This document shows positions 1-9,175 of a stretch of 40,000 bases of DNA, piece after piece. Position numbers and translations under genes: made by a program. The DNA is taken from the sequence record MN131137.2, one strand, 5' to 3'. The notes under the pieces are model-generated. The model did no database searches, was not told where the DNA came from, and was given only the letters and a program-made list of their open reading frames with translations. The first letter of the stretch is position 1, and each line of letters begins with the position of its first letter. Source of the DNA: Aeromonas phage D6.

Positions 1-1
1 C

Positions 2-346
2 AAGGTCCCCTTTAATAACAAGAAGATCTTCAATGCAGCTATGTCACGAGACGAAGCCGCAGAGATCATTCTCCATTTGTTCAAGAACGGAAACACTGAT
101 CCCGAACACCACATTCCGTATTTCGATGTACTCCAACAAGACATCCCCGACATGTGCAGACGACTGGGTCTGGGGAAGATGGATTACGAGGAACTGTGGT
201 CCGAACTCACTTTCCCCACCAGCATGTGCCGGGGAGATTACTACGTTAACTGCGCACTGCCCGTATTGGAATTCATGAAGCGTAAACAACTTCGTGAAGT
301 CATCGCTGCATCCAAAGGTCAAACTTTCACTCAAGAGGAACTGTAA
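2..346 (+). CDS. hypothetical protein, possibly 5'-truncated by the window edge
   Basis: Frame is open from position 2; first Met at 41 (MSRDEAAEIILHLF...), stop at 346. Overlaps the start of the next CDS, as in a phage operon. Confidence 0.65.
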   Translation, partial: KVPFNNKKIFNAAMSRDEAAEIILHLFKNGNTDPEHHIPYFDVLQQDIPDMCRRLGLGKMDYEELWSELTFPTSMCRGDYYVNCALPVLEFMKRKQLREVIAASKGQTFTQEEL

Positions 347-1083
347 TGAACACTATGAAACCTGGCGTATTCACTGCCCAACGTGATGACATGATCAACT
401 TCGTTCGCCGCGTACTGTCCGATCTGGGTCGGATGGGTCCTTGCGATCGTGTTAGCAAGTACATGCCACTTCCAAACAACTTTGTTCTTCGTTGTGTTGT
501 GGAATTGGAAGAAGATACGTCCGGTAACATCTGGTTGGATGCATTCGGTCCGACACAGCACGTAGGGATGATAACTCCCGAAGGTGTTCGTGATATCGGT
601 CTGAATGAGCAGAATCTCAATGAGTTCGCAGATGCCGCTGTGGATGCGTTCATATGGCAGACCATCAAAGATTTATTCAACGCCAACCTCAGCCTGGAAA
701 CTGATGGTACTGAGCTCGGAAATCTACAGATGGTCGAAGAGATCAACAGGCTCTATCCAGACCTGGGGATCGAATTTACCAATAACGGTTACAACTACTA
801 TCTCCGTGACACCTTGGGCACCACTATCAAGGCCATCACCAAGATGGACAAGACACCCAAAACCGAAGTGTTGTTTGGGATTTACTGCCCGACCGACAAT
901 GATGATGCCATCAATACCCTGTCAGGTAACGATGACAACCAACCTAGTGCTCAAAGTGATGAGTACAACTCATGGTCCTTCGAAGTCCAGAACATGGCTG
1001 TCGTCGATCTCGCCTGGATCTATATGAAAGGTTGGATGGATATCCCCGATCATATCGTACTGAAAGAAGAGGAAGAAGAGTAA
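346..1083 (+). CDS. hypothetical phage protein (245 aa; start may be 346 or 355)
   Basis: Long ORF starting at the stop of the previous gene (TAATG overlap), stop overlaps the next ATG. Confidence 0.8.
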   Translation: MNTMKPGVFTAQRDDMINFVRRVLSDLGRMGPCDRVSKYMPLPNNFVLRCVVELEEDTSGNIWLDAFGPTQHVGMITPEGVRDIGLNEQNLNEFADAAVDAFIWQTIKDLFNANLSLETDGTELGNLQMVEEINRLYPDLGIEFTNNGYNYYLRDTLGTTIKAITKMDKTPKTEVLFGIYCPTDNDDAINTLSGNDDNQPSAQSDEYNSWSFEVQNMAVVDLAWIYMKGWMDIPDHIVLKEEEEE

Positions 1084-1451
1084 TGCAAAAGAAAACGCTT
1101 CTCTCCATCATCGGGTTGTTACTGACATTCTCCATGTTCTTCACCAACAAGTACACTGGTGACCAGGAGATCAAAACAACACTGATCGGATGTGAACAAA
1201 CCGAAGATCCGTTGTCTGGTCAACCTGCAAACTTCTGCGAGTGGAAAGGACATGGTTACTTCACTCGGGTTGAAGTCAGTGACCTTGAATACCAATACAA
1301 CATCAAACGTGTTGGTAGTCAAGATATCGCTGTGATCGAAAACCCGAAAGCCTGGGTGTTCTATATCAACGTCATGATGGTAATCATCATGGGGATCTAT
1401 CTCATGGGTCGTCAACAGGAGGAAGAAGATGTATCACATTACCCGGATTGA
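1083..1451 (+). CDS. small membrane protein with two predicted TM segments (122 aa)
   Basis: ATG at 1083 overlaps the upstream TAA; MQKKTLLSIIGLLLTFSMFFTNK... and ...WVFYINVMMVIIMGIYLMG hydrophobic segments flank a Cys-containing soluble loop. Confidence 0.7.
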   Translation: MQKKTLLSIIGLLLTFSMFFTNKYTGDQEIKTTLIGCEQTEDPLSGQPANFCEWKGHGYFTRVEVSDLEYQYNIKRVGSQDIAVIENPKAWVFYINVMMVIIMGIYLMGRQQEEEDVSHYPD

Positions 1452-1815
1452 TGTTTGTGATCTTACTTACAAGCTCATAAAGCACCTGACCTCCGATACG
1501 TACATCATGGGTGATGGTCTTGTCATAGGTGAACTGACAGGAGTGATTTTGAATCCAGGAGCTGATCTGGGTTTCTATCCTCCCCAGGGTACCAAGATGG
1601 AACTCAAACTGACCGTGAAGGATGACAACCAGGATCCGGAGATCCGTGGATGGTCCGGTTGGTTTGCTTTCCAACGGCAAGACGCCCCCGATCCTACAGC
1701 CCTGGTAGTGATCGCTGGTGTTATCGACAAACAGGATAACGAACTTATCCGAACTGTCCAACAACGTGATGATCACAACCAGTTCTTCTTTGCTAAGAAA
1801 AAGAACTTCCATTAA
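1429..1815 (+). CDS. hypothetical protein (128 aa)
   Basis: ORF MYHITRIDVCDLTYKL..., short overlap with upstream gene. Confidence 0.7.
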   Translation: MYHITRIDVCDLTYKLIKHLTSDTYIMGDGLVIGELTGVILNPGADLGFYPPQGTKMELKLTVKDDNQDPEIRGWSGWFAFQRQDAPDPTALVVIAGVIDKQDNELIRTVQQRDDHNQFFFAKKKNFH

Positions 1816-1825
1816 GGAGAGATGA

Positions 1826-2179
1826 GTGTCTGTGAGTGTTAACCTCCGATCAGATGCTATTACTCCCAAGTTGGCTAAGGAAATGAACGGATCTATCTTT
1901 ATTCGTTCTAACACGTTCTCTGTCCGGCAACGGGCAGGGAACATTACCCTCGGCCTCCATGGGATAAGTTATCTGAAATTACCCAAAATGAATACCAACG
2001 CCAAGTTCAGTTACCTGGAAGAACCCAGTGATGATGGCGAAGGTGTTTATTGGACTTGTTCCCTGGCGTTCTACGCAAAACCCTCCCATAAACAGCTGAC
2101 CACCTTGGTCATTAAAACAGGTTTCTATCATGTCGTTAAACGTGACGGTATCGTGGAGCCGGGTGCCGGTTACAGTTAA
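1826..2179 (+). CDS. hypothetical protein (117 aa)
   Basis: GTG start at 1826, preceded by aaggagag. Confidence 0.65.
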   Translation: MSVSVNLRSDAITPKLAKEMNGSIFIRSNTFSVRQRAGNITLGLHGISYLKLPKMNTNAKFSYLEEPSDDGEGVYWTCSLAFYAKPSHKQLTTLVIKTGFYHVVKRDGIVEPGAGYS

Positions 2180-2180
2180 A

Positions 2181-2510
2181 CTGATGCCCAAAGAGTTCGA
2201 ACCCAAAATGTTTTATCTTCCGCATGTTCAAGGGTTAAGAACTCACCACTGGCTATATCCCAACAAACCCAGAGAGTTGCGTTATGTTAATCATAAAGGT
2301 GATCAGTACATCGGTCGCTTTAACTTCAAGTGGTTCAATGGAGCATTGCGGTTAACACCGGTTAAAGGTGAAATCCCAAAGATGATTGAACGTAACCGCC
2401 AAACTCCCATGACCTGGAAACCAGTTCAAGATGGCTGGCCTGACTACTATCTGTTCGGACTTGTCATGGTTGAACGGTTCTATATACTCAGGTTCAAAGA
2501 CACACTTTAG
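2181..2510 (+). CDS. hypothetical protein, related to the following gene
   Basis: ATG at 2181 directly after the upstream stop; MPKEFEPKMFYLPHVQGL...; shares a GxFN...PV..E...YY pattern with 2519..2884. Confidence 0.65.
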   Translation: MMPKEFEPKMFYLPHVQGLRTHHWLYPNKPRELRYVNHKGDQYIGRFNFKWFNGALRLTPVKGEIPKMIERNRQTPMTWKPVQDGWPDYYLFGLVMVERFYILRFKDTL

Positions 2511-2518
2511 GAGGTGTC

Positions 2519-2884
2519 ATGCTCTTTAAGTTACAAAAGAAAGGACTGGAGGTTTACCGATTCGTTCAGCACGACATCGACCTCGTTGTAAACAAAGGTC
2601 CTTTCAAGGGTACCAAGCATGTTATCATGCGATTTGAGAATGAAGCTCGGCAACTCAAGATCGGACACTTCAACGTGATCTATGATCGGGAGTTCCTGAC
2701 CTTTATTCCGGTATGGAACGAACCTGTTCTTGATTGCATTCGAAATAAGAAGAAATGCCGTCAGAACAACCCACTGAAAATGGGATTCCCCATTATCCCC
2801 AAATACAAGTACTATTTCTGGAAACTCATCAGTTTCGAAGTAGGGTACGTCCATCTCAAAGTCATGTTAAGGAATTCCAAATGA
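2519..2884 (+). CDS. hypothetical protein (121 aa)
   Basis: ATG with upstream aggaggtg. Confidence 0.75.
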   Translation: MLFKLQKKGLEVYRFVQHDIDLVVNKGPFKGTKHVIMRFENEARQLKIGHFNVIYDREFLTFIPVWNEPVLDCIRNKKKCRQNNPLKMGFPIIPKYKYYFWKLISFEVGYVHLKVMLRNSK

Positions 2885-3594
2885 AAAAGGTATCTGTACA
2901 ACAAGTACTTGCAGCACGCGACGAGTTGATCGATTTTGCTTTTCAAGCTATCCTCAATGTTCGGGCCGCCCACCATCATTTCGAAACTGACCTCAAAGTA
3001 AAAGAAATCTATGGCTTTTGGGCTAAACTTCTCATTGCCAAGAAAGATGGTAACTATCGACTGCGTATGCACGCTCTTGGTTATTCCATCATCTTCTATG
3101 AAATGCACGAGAGTGTGCTCGGACTACCGTATACCGCTGAAGGTGTACGAGAAGAAGCAACTGCAACTGTTGATGCTTGGTTGTCCAAGATCATCTTGGT
3201 TTCTCTCCGGAAACAACCTGAACTCCAAGTCGAGAACAGCGAAGAGAGTATCAGGAACGTCGCCGATGTCATCAAAGACATCTATCCCCACACACTGATC
3301 ACGGTCACCCATAACGGGTTTAACTATCACTCCATGACACCCACCGGTGAGTTGTTGAGTTCAGTAGCTCACACTCAAGGTCCTCAACGTAAAGGTCCAG
3401 GTGGGCGATTGGCCGCTGCTCGATTGGAAACTTGTACACTTCATGCGACAGCTGAAGTGCATGATGATCCACTGCTCGACAACTACTCGGGTATCGGACG
3501 TAATCTGGAAAACCTGATCTGTACCGACCTCACTGATTTGATCATGTTGGGTCATGTCAACTACGATCTTGTCTTCGAATTCGAAGATCATTAA
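2881..3594 (+). CDS. hypothetical protein (237 aa)
   Basis: ATG at 2881 overlaps upstream TGA (ATGA); the track start at 2755 would overlap the previous gene extensively. Confidence 0.75.
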   Translation: MKKVSVQQVLAARDELIDFAFQAILNVRAAHHHFETDLKVKEIYGFWAKLLIAKKDGNYRLRMHALGYSIIFYEMHESVLGLPYTAEGVREEATATVDAWLSKIILVSLRKQPELQVENSEESIRNVADVIKDIYPHTLITVTHNGFNYHSMTPTGELLSSVAHTQGPQRKGPGGRLAAARLETCTLHATAEVHDDPLLDNYSGIGRNLENLICTDLTDLIMLGHVNYDLVFEFEDH

Positions 3595-3653
3595 TCGTAA
3601 CTACTTTCACTATTAGTTGCAGTAATCCCATTAATCAACATTTAGGTATAGCA

Positions 3654-4049
3654 ATGTCCGAACAACTCCCAGCGTCCAAAACCTACACATTGGAGCAGGT
3701 TCAAAAAGTATTGCGGGAAATCGTAGACCAAGTTCGCAAGAACAAGATCGAACGTGTCACCCGTGTCGCTCTGAACTTCCGTGGTACTTCTCCCGAGGTA
3801 TCCATCCATGCAGGGTACAAACTCCTGGGTCGTCATCAACCGCATGTTTGGTCCGATCGACCTTACTCCGAAAAGAGTAACAAGATACTGGCGACTTTCA
3901 AACTGCGTGTCAACGGTTGTCCGATTCATCAGTTCAACGTCACCACTGGTGTCATTCTCCCGGAATTCCATGGAGAGGATCACCTCAACGAACTGTCGGA
4001 TCGACTCCAACAAGTAGTTGGGGAACATTTGTTCTCCAAACGCAACTAA
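3654..4049 (+). CDS. hypothetical protein (131 aa)
   Basis: ORF MSEQLPASKTYTLEQVQKVLREIV..., followed by a hairpin at 4052. Confidence 0.75.
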   Translation: MSEQLPASKTYTLEQVQKVLREIVDQVRKNKIERVTRVALNFRGTSPEVSIHAGYKLLGRHQPHVWSDRPYSEKSNKILATFKLRVNGCPIHQFNVTTGVILPEFHGEDHLNELSDRLQQVVGEHLFSKRN

Positions 4050-4051
4050 CA

Positions 4052-4083
4052 TAAGTAGGGCTCCCCGCAAGGAGCCCTACTTA
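4052..4083 (+). terminator. perfect 13-bp hairpin TAAGTAGGGCTCC/GGAGCCCTACTTA
   Basis: Inverted repeat with CCGCAA loop just after a stop codon; no T-tract follows, so it could be a terminator or an RNA-processing hairpin. Confidence 0.55.
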
Positions 4084-4098
4084 GTGTATGAGGTTTAC

Positions 4099-4566
4099 AT
4101 GAGCGATATCCGTTGGTACCAAGAAAATGATCGAATGGTCATTGTTGACAATGAAACCCAAGGAACCCTTCACATCCGTTTCAACCCGATGAATCGAAAG
4201 ACTGGTTCTGATTTGATGTGGGGTCATGTCAACGATATATCAGCTTCCATAGAGAATGGTGATCTTCAGTTGAGCCTGAAGGGACATTCCATGATCGATG
4301 TCAGAAGCGATATTGAACTCAGAGGTAGTGTGACTCTGAAAACAGCTTTCCTACACGACCCTGTGATTGAAAATAGTCACATTGATTTCGTTAGTATTAC
4401 CGCGAAGACAGTTTTCAAAGATGCACATGTCCACGCAGTAGGAATACAGCGATTCGGGTTAGTGAAGTTCATCAACAGTAAATATGATGGATTTATGAAT
4501 GGAGCGCTTCCGAAAGCACGGGAGCTCCAAGTAGTCGACAACCACGTTAAGGTGATAGTACAATGA
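4099..4566 (+). CDS. hypothetical protein (155 aa)
   Basis: ATG at 4099 downstream of TGAGGTTTAC; track start at 4018 would overlap the hairpin and the previous gene. Confidence 0.7.
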   Translation: MSDIRWYQENDRMVIVDNETQGTLHIRFNPMNRKTGSDLMWGHVNDISASIENGDLQLSLKGHSMIDVRSDIELRGSVTLKTAFLHDPVIENSHIDFVSITAKTVFKDAHVHAVGIQRFGLVKFINSKYDGFMNGALPKARELQVVDNHVKVIVQ

Positions 4567-4946
4567 GTGAAGTTAAGAAAGTTAAGAAAGCTCACCCCAT
4601 GGATTCCTTTATCCAGGACATGATCAACTTCATGAATCCTGAAGGCTCCACCAAGGATGGTGATAAACTCTTCCTTAAAACAAAGGAAGGGACATCTGAT
4701 CTGACGGAGATCCTCTTGGAACGAAATGATGGTGTCATCACCGGTTATCTCGTCCACGAAGATAAGATCATCAAGATTAACGTAGGGTTCTCGCAAACCT
4801 GGAAACCCACACTGGAAATCCGGTTTGGGGAAATGTTTGTAACGTCCATGGCTGTTGATAACAAGAAAGGCTTGGATATGTATCTCAAACGTCTCTATGA
4901 CAAGAAACCACCAAAGAGCAAGAAGAACGACTGCACTGAAGATTAA
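4563..4946 (+). CDS. hypothetical protein (127 aa)
   Basis: ATG at 4563 with 4-nt overlap to the upstream stop. Confidence 0.75.
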   Translation: MSEVKKVKKAHPMDSFIQDMINFMNPEGSTKDGDKLFLKTKEGTSDLTEILLERNDGVITGYLVHEDKIIKINVGFSQTWKPTLEIRFGEMFVTSMAVDNKKGLDMYLKRLYDKKPPKSKKNDCTED

Positions 4947-4960
4947 GTCCATAATAACTT

Positions 4961-4986
4961 GGACATATATAATCAAAGTGTAATCC
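4961..4986 (+). promoter_or_regulatory. putative phage promoter element
   Basis: GGACATATATAATCAAAGTGTAATCC; same ATATxAT...GTGTAA arrangement as at 7804, 16067 and 26078. Confidence 0.5.
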
Positions 4987-5011
4987 ACCACGATTAATTT
5001 AGGAGTTCAAT

Positions 5012-5311
5012 ATGATCATCAAACGTAAACACCTCGGTATGAAACGCAAGTTCAAACTGGTTGGGTTGGATGACACCACTCAACGTGGCGATATCTTCTA
5101 CCGCATCAACGAGATCAATAACACCCACGCCACCAAACTGGACCTCAATGATCTCACCCACGAAGAACATGAACGTCTCATGGAACTTCGCCAAGAAGCG
5201 ATTGAACAGATCTCCGAAGGACCGAACTGGTTCAACGCCTACATGGTAGAGCATGGTGGCGATAAGACCAGTGCCAATGTAAACCGTGTCTACTTCCGTA
5301 TCACTTTCTAA
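5012..5311 (+). CDS. hypothetical protein (99 aa)
   Basis: ORF MIIKRKHLGMKRKFKLVGL..., preceded by taggag. Confidence 0.75.
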   Translation: MIIKRKHLGMKRKFKLVGLDDTTQRGDIFYRINEINNTHATKLDLNDLTHEEHERLMELRQEAIEQISEGPNWFNAYMVEHGGDKTSANVNRVYFRITF

Positions 5312-5323
5312 AAGGTAACCAAC

Positions 5324-7726
5324 ATGAACCAACAAGTACGTGACATCCTGATCCAAATGGTAGCCAACAAATATCACGCAACAATGAAAGAGTATCGTTT
5401 CTTCCAGATGGGTGATATGACCAACACCCTGGCCGCCATGGTCGACGGACTCCAGTTCCCTCAAACAGCTTACCTGAAAGAGCTGAAAGACATTCATGGC
5501 AAGATCAATCGTGAACTGTCCAAGGTCAACGCCGTCCATCCCCAGTACGTTCCTGATTACTCCAGGATCTACGACCTCCTCTGCGAACTGGTAAACGCCG
5601 AAGACTGGGACGGTGTGGGGCGAATCCATCGTGGGTTCGTTGGACACAAAGACAAGATCACTGTTCTCCATCACATCTACGAGAACAGCAACATCTATAC
5701 CGATCCCCAACACTTCGCCCCGATCAACATCTGCGCCTCCTTTAACAAGGGCGAACAGAAAAAGATCCTCATCCAAACCGGCATGGACGAAAGCGGTGTT
5801 GAATCGGTAGCCACGATGCATCCGACCAGTGCGGCCCGCCTGATCAAAAAGCACTTCGAACTCTGGTGGGCTAACAAAGAGAAGGCGGCCCAGGAAGCAT
5901 CCAACAAGAAGGAAGAAGAAATACACTATCCGCCCTTTGACACCAAAACTGTCGGTGACTACACCATCGCAAATGGCATCGATCCGGTGATCACTCAGAT
6001 GTCCCTCCAGGAACTGGAAACCCATCTGAACAACATCAACGAAGCTGGTTTCACCAGGGCGCAAATCGACACCCTGGTGAAGAACATCAACATGCCGATC
6101 TCCGGTTCCGTAGATGAGCGTTTTGTTGATTGGCTCGATGACGATTACGAAGCCATTCGCTCCATGATCGCTATGTTCGCATGCAAGAACGTTTGGATAG
6201 CTCCGGAGGTAGCCTACGTGAAGTCTGGCGTCCACCGTCAAGCCGCTCGTTCACTCTTCATCGAGAAAGCGATGAGTGAACTGATCAGACGTTCGGTAAT
6301 CACTGGAAGTTCCAGGGACATCACTCTGGATAAACTGGAGTCATTCATCGAAAACCATCCGGTGGAACGCTGCTATGACAATGCAGTATACCCCACCAAA
6401 ACCGGTGCCGTGACCATCTTCAATGAAGCAGGTTGGGACCTCGATACACTTTCCCTGGTGGTTTCCGAGATCAACCTTTCTCCCGGCATGGATATGAATC
6501 CCGCCTTCGGTGAAATGCTGGTCCCCAATAAAGCCGCCATGATCGCTGCGATCAGTTTGTTCGCTGACTTCAAGCATTGGGGTCACGTGACTACCGACAG
6601 TGTGGTCGAAGGTACCGAAGAAATTTACCAGTTCCTTCTCAAGCGCCATTCCGGCGTGACCGAAGAGGAACCTCAATCGAACAAGGAAGAAACCATGAAG
6701 GAAACTACATCTATTGCCGAACTGGTCTCCAAAGTCATCCTGGGATTCACTGATCTCGTGATGATCGCCGATACCGAAAAGGTAATCGAAGAGATCAATC
6801 GTCAAGCGACCCCGACCCTGGCCGGTGTCATGAAGAATATTCTTCAGAGTGTCAAACCGACAGCACCGTCGCAACCTCGTGGCCAAACCGAATCCTTCCA
6901 GCACCTGGACTGCCCTGGGTACACTCCTCGTTCCACTATCCGTGGCGAGTATGCCGAGGTGATCAAGTTCATCAACATGGGAGACGTTGATTCAGCAGCA
7001 ACTGCGATCAAGGGGATCCTCAACAAGTACAGCGTGATGGAGCTTCACGGGATGCTGATCGGGAACACACCCCGTTCACTCAATCCCAATGAAATGGCCA
7101 ACGAGATTATCGAAGTGATACGTGCAGCAGCGATGAAACGTAAAGTCGACCTCGCTGAAATTGCACGTCAATCACCGGTGACTCGACTCATCAAGCAAAA
7201 CCTCTTCGCCAAAGCTATCCAAAGTTCCCTGGAAGAAACCTACGCAATGTTTGACAGCTATGTCAAACAAGTTAGCATCATCCAGGTATACGTCGCGCTC
7301 TTTGGCACCACCGATGTGACCGGGAAGTCCTTCAGTCAAATGGATGCCGAAATCCGCAATAGCCTGACAACGACTAACGAGTCCAGTAACGGAACCGGTC
7401 TGAGTAACTTTGTTGAAAGAATCCGTGGGGCAGTTCAGGCCATGGATCTCGACAAAGCAATGAGCTTGCTCGATGAAGGGTTCTCCATGTTTGGTACGGT
7501 GCTGGTATCTACAACACTCCTGGGTGATAAAAATGTTATCGGTAACCGGACCAGTCGTGAACTGGTCTTCATGTGCCGTGACGCTATTACCACCTGGATC
7601 AACACCAACAAGTCAATGGCCCGCCACGGTACTTTCTCCAACCCTGAATCTCGGGTCTCGGAGGAGGATCAGTGGATCAAAGATCTGAACAAACTGGGTT
7701 TCAAGTGCGTTATCCTTCACAAGTAA
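5324..7726 (+). CDS. large hypothetical protein (800 aa)
   Basis: Long uninterrupted ORF with clear coding bias, upstream aaaggtaacc, followed by a strong terminator. No family recognised. Confidence 0.85.
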   Translation: MNQQVRDILIQMVANKYHATMKEYRFFQMGDMTNTLAAMVDGLQFPQTAYLKELKDIHGKINRELSKVNAVHPQYVPDYSRIYDLLCELVNAEDWDGVGRIHRGFVGHKDKITVLHHIYENSNIYTDPQHFAPINICASFNKGEQKKILIQTGMDESGVESVATMHPTSAARLIKKHFELWWANKEKAAQEASNKKEEEIHYPPFDTKTVGDYTIANGIDPVITQMSLQELETHLNNINEAGFTRAQIDTLVKNINMPISGSVDERFVDWLDDDYEAIRSMIAMFACKNVWIAPEVAYVKSGVHRQAARSLFIEKAMSELIRRSVITGSSRDITLDKLESFIENHPVERCYDNAVYPTKTGAVTIFNEAGWDLDTLSLVVSEINLSPGMDMNPAFGEMLVPNKAAMIAAISLFADFKHWGHVTTDSVVEGTEEIYQFLLKRHSGVTEEEPQSNKEETMKETTSIAELVSKVILGFTDLVMIADTEKVIEEINRQATPTLAGVMKNILQSVKPTAPSQPRGQTESFQHLDCPGYTPRSTIRGEYAEVIKFINMGDVDSAATAIKGILNKYSVMELHGMLIGNTPRSLNPNEMANEIIEVIRAAAMKRKVDLAEIARQSPVTRLIKQNLFAKAIQSSLEETYAMFDSYVKQVSIIQVYVALFGTTDVTGKSFSQMDAEIRNSLTTTNESSNGTGLSNFVERIRGAVQAMDLDKAMSLLDEGFSMFGTVLVSTTLLGDKNVIGNRTSRELVFMCRDAITTWINTNKSMARHGTFSNPESRVSEEDQWIKDLNKLGFKCVILHK

Positions 7727-7736
7727 GATGATTGAA

Positions 7737-7758
7737 AGGGAACCCTTCGGGGTTCCCT
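7737..7758 (+). terminator. Rho-independent terminator with UUCG tetraloop
   Basis: AGGGAACCC TTCG GGGTTCCCT followed by ctcttcttt. Confidence 0.85.
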
Positions 7759-7803
7759 CTCTTCTTTATACATTTTATTTTTGTGCCCTTATACTTTTTG
7801 AAA

Positions 7804-7823
7804 CAGATATTATCACTGTGTAA
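7804..7823 (+). promoter_or_regulatory. putative phage promoter element
   Basis: CAGATATTATCACTGTGTAA in the gap between a terminator and the gene at 7842. Confidence 0.6.
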
Positions 7824-7841
7824 AGAAGGGAGAAAATTCTA

Positions 7842-8294
7842 ATGGCAAACAAAAGCACAGAAAAGATTTATTTCGATTACCTGAATAAACTCCTCCTGGG
7901 TACACTCGGAGGGTTCATGCACTCAATAGCTGATAGCAATGCGATTCCGAAGCCGAATCAATTTGAGGGAAAGAAGAGTGCCGGTGGTTCAGTTATGGTT
8001 GCGTGGATGGACACGATACCTCTGATAGACTACTACTCTAAAATGTTAAATGACGAAATCCTTGCATCAGCGATGATTGGTTACCGAGACAAAGACAATC
8101 CCATAATGGTGGATGTGTTCACAGTCTGTATGACCATCGAGAGTATTTATCTCATAGATGGCGATGTGAAATATCTATTAGTGAAGGACACTCAATCTGT
8201 CATGGACAACAACGAAATCCAAAATGCAATTAAGGATATCGTTGCGAAGAAATACATGGCCGGGTTAATAACAATACCTAGGGCTAAGTCATGA
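7842..8294 (+). CDS. hypothetical protein (150 aa)
   Basis: ORF MANKSTEKIYFDYLNKLL..., 4-nt overlap with next gene. Confidence 0.75.
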   Translation: MANKSTEKIYFDYLNKLLLGTLGGFMHSIADSNAIPKPNQFEGKKSAGGSVMVAWMDTIPLIDYYSKMLNDEILASAMIGYRDKDNPIMVDVFTVCMTIESIYLIDGDVKYLLVKDTQSVMDNNEIQNAIKDIVAKKYMAGLITIPRAKS

Positions 8295-8686
8295 AAACCG
8301 AACTGATAAAAGACATCTTTCTCGATGCGTATTTAGGGAAAGAGAACAAAGAGCGGGATTACAAGTATTGGGTTAAACCACTTAATCCCGATGATGGTAT
8401 TAAGTTCTTCTGTGTATTCAGAATCAGACTGAAAGGCAAAGCAGCCATACTGGTGAGAATCCAGGTTGACCTGGAAGCTGAATTAGCCAACACAGAAACA
8501 TCCCTCATCTATATTGATCAGGGATTTAAACCCAACACCAGGTTCCGTACAGATTTCACCAAAACGTTCTATAAGAAACGTGAACGACTCACTGGTCTCG
8601 GCATTGATGAGATCATTAAACGAGTCGCTCCGGGTCTTGCAGAGAAACTACATAAAGCAGAGGAATTAGCCAATGTCGACCAATAA
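8291..8686 (+). CDS. hypothetical protein (131 aa)
   Basis: ORF MKTELIKDIFLDAYLGKENK..., ATGA overlap with upstream gene. Confidence 0.75.
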   Translation: MKTELIKDIFLDAYLGKENKERDYKYWVKPLNPDDGIKFFCVFRIRLKGKAAILVRIQVDLEAELANTETSLIYIDQGFKPNTRFRTDFTKTFYKKRERLTGLGIDEIIKRVAPGLAEKLHKAEELANVDQ

Positions 8687-9062
8687 CGTAATCGCTACTG
8701 ATATCTATAACCGGATGGAAGCATTCTTCGAACGTCTTGAAGGTAAGGACTTCCCGTCCATCTATCAAGACAGCGACAGCATGATGTATTCCTTCCAAGT
8801 CGAATCCATGGGTAACTTGTTCCAGACGTCGGTTCAAGCAACCCAGGTAGAAGGTCAGGGTATACTGGTTTCACTCAGTTACTCTTTCATGGTAGAACCC
8901 AAGAAGGTAGGGGACATCATCGTAATGGGTGTACCTATTCGCGGCGTGTATACCGTGAACGATGTTATTGCGGAAGTTAAGGACGAACAAGACCTGTTCT
9001 CCAAAACCTACGTACTGGCATTGGACCATGTTAAAGAGGCGGTCCACACCATCCTCGAATAA
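8673..9062 (+). CDS. hypothetical protein (129 aa)
   Basis: ORF MSTNNVIATDIYNRMEAFFERLEG..., short overlap with upstream gene. Confidence 0.75.
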   Translation: MSTNNVIATDIYNRMEAFFERLEGKDFPSIYQDSDSMMYSFQVESMGNLFQTSVQATQVEGQGILVSLSYSFMVEPKKVGDIIVMGVPIRGVYTVNDVIAEVKDEQDLFSKTYVLALDHVKEAVHTILE

Positions 9063-9175
9063 ACCACCCAGAATCGTTTCTAAGCGATTTCTTTATTAAA
9101 GACGTACAGTTCAATACTTTAGCCTGAAGAAGTCGTTATAGATCGATTCAGGAATTATTAACCAAGGAGAAATCA

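Noticed and set aside
4994-6241. 415-aa minus-strand ORF spanning two plus-strand genes
   Set aside because: Crosses the boundary and ribosome site of the 5012 and 5324 genes, which have better coding signals and a matching promoter/terminator arrangement.
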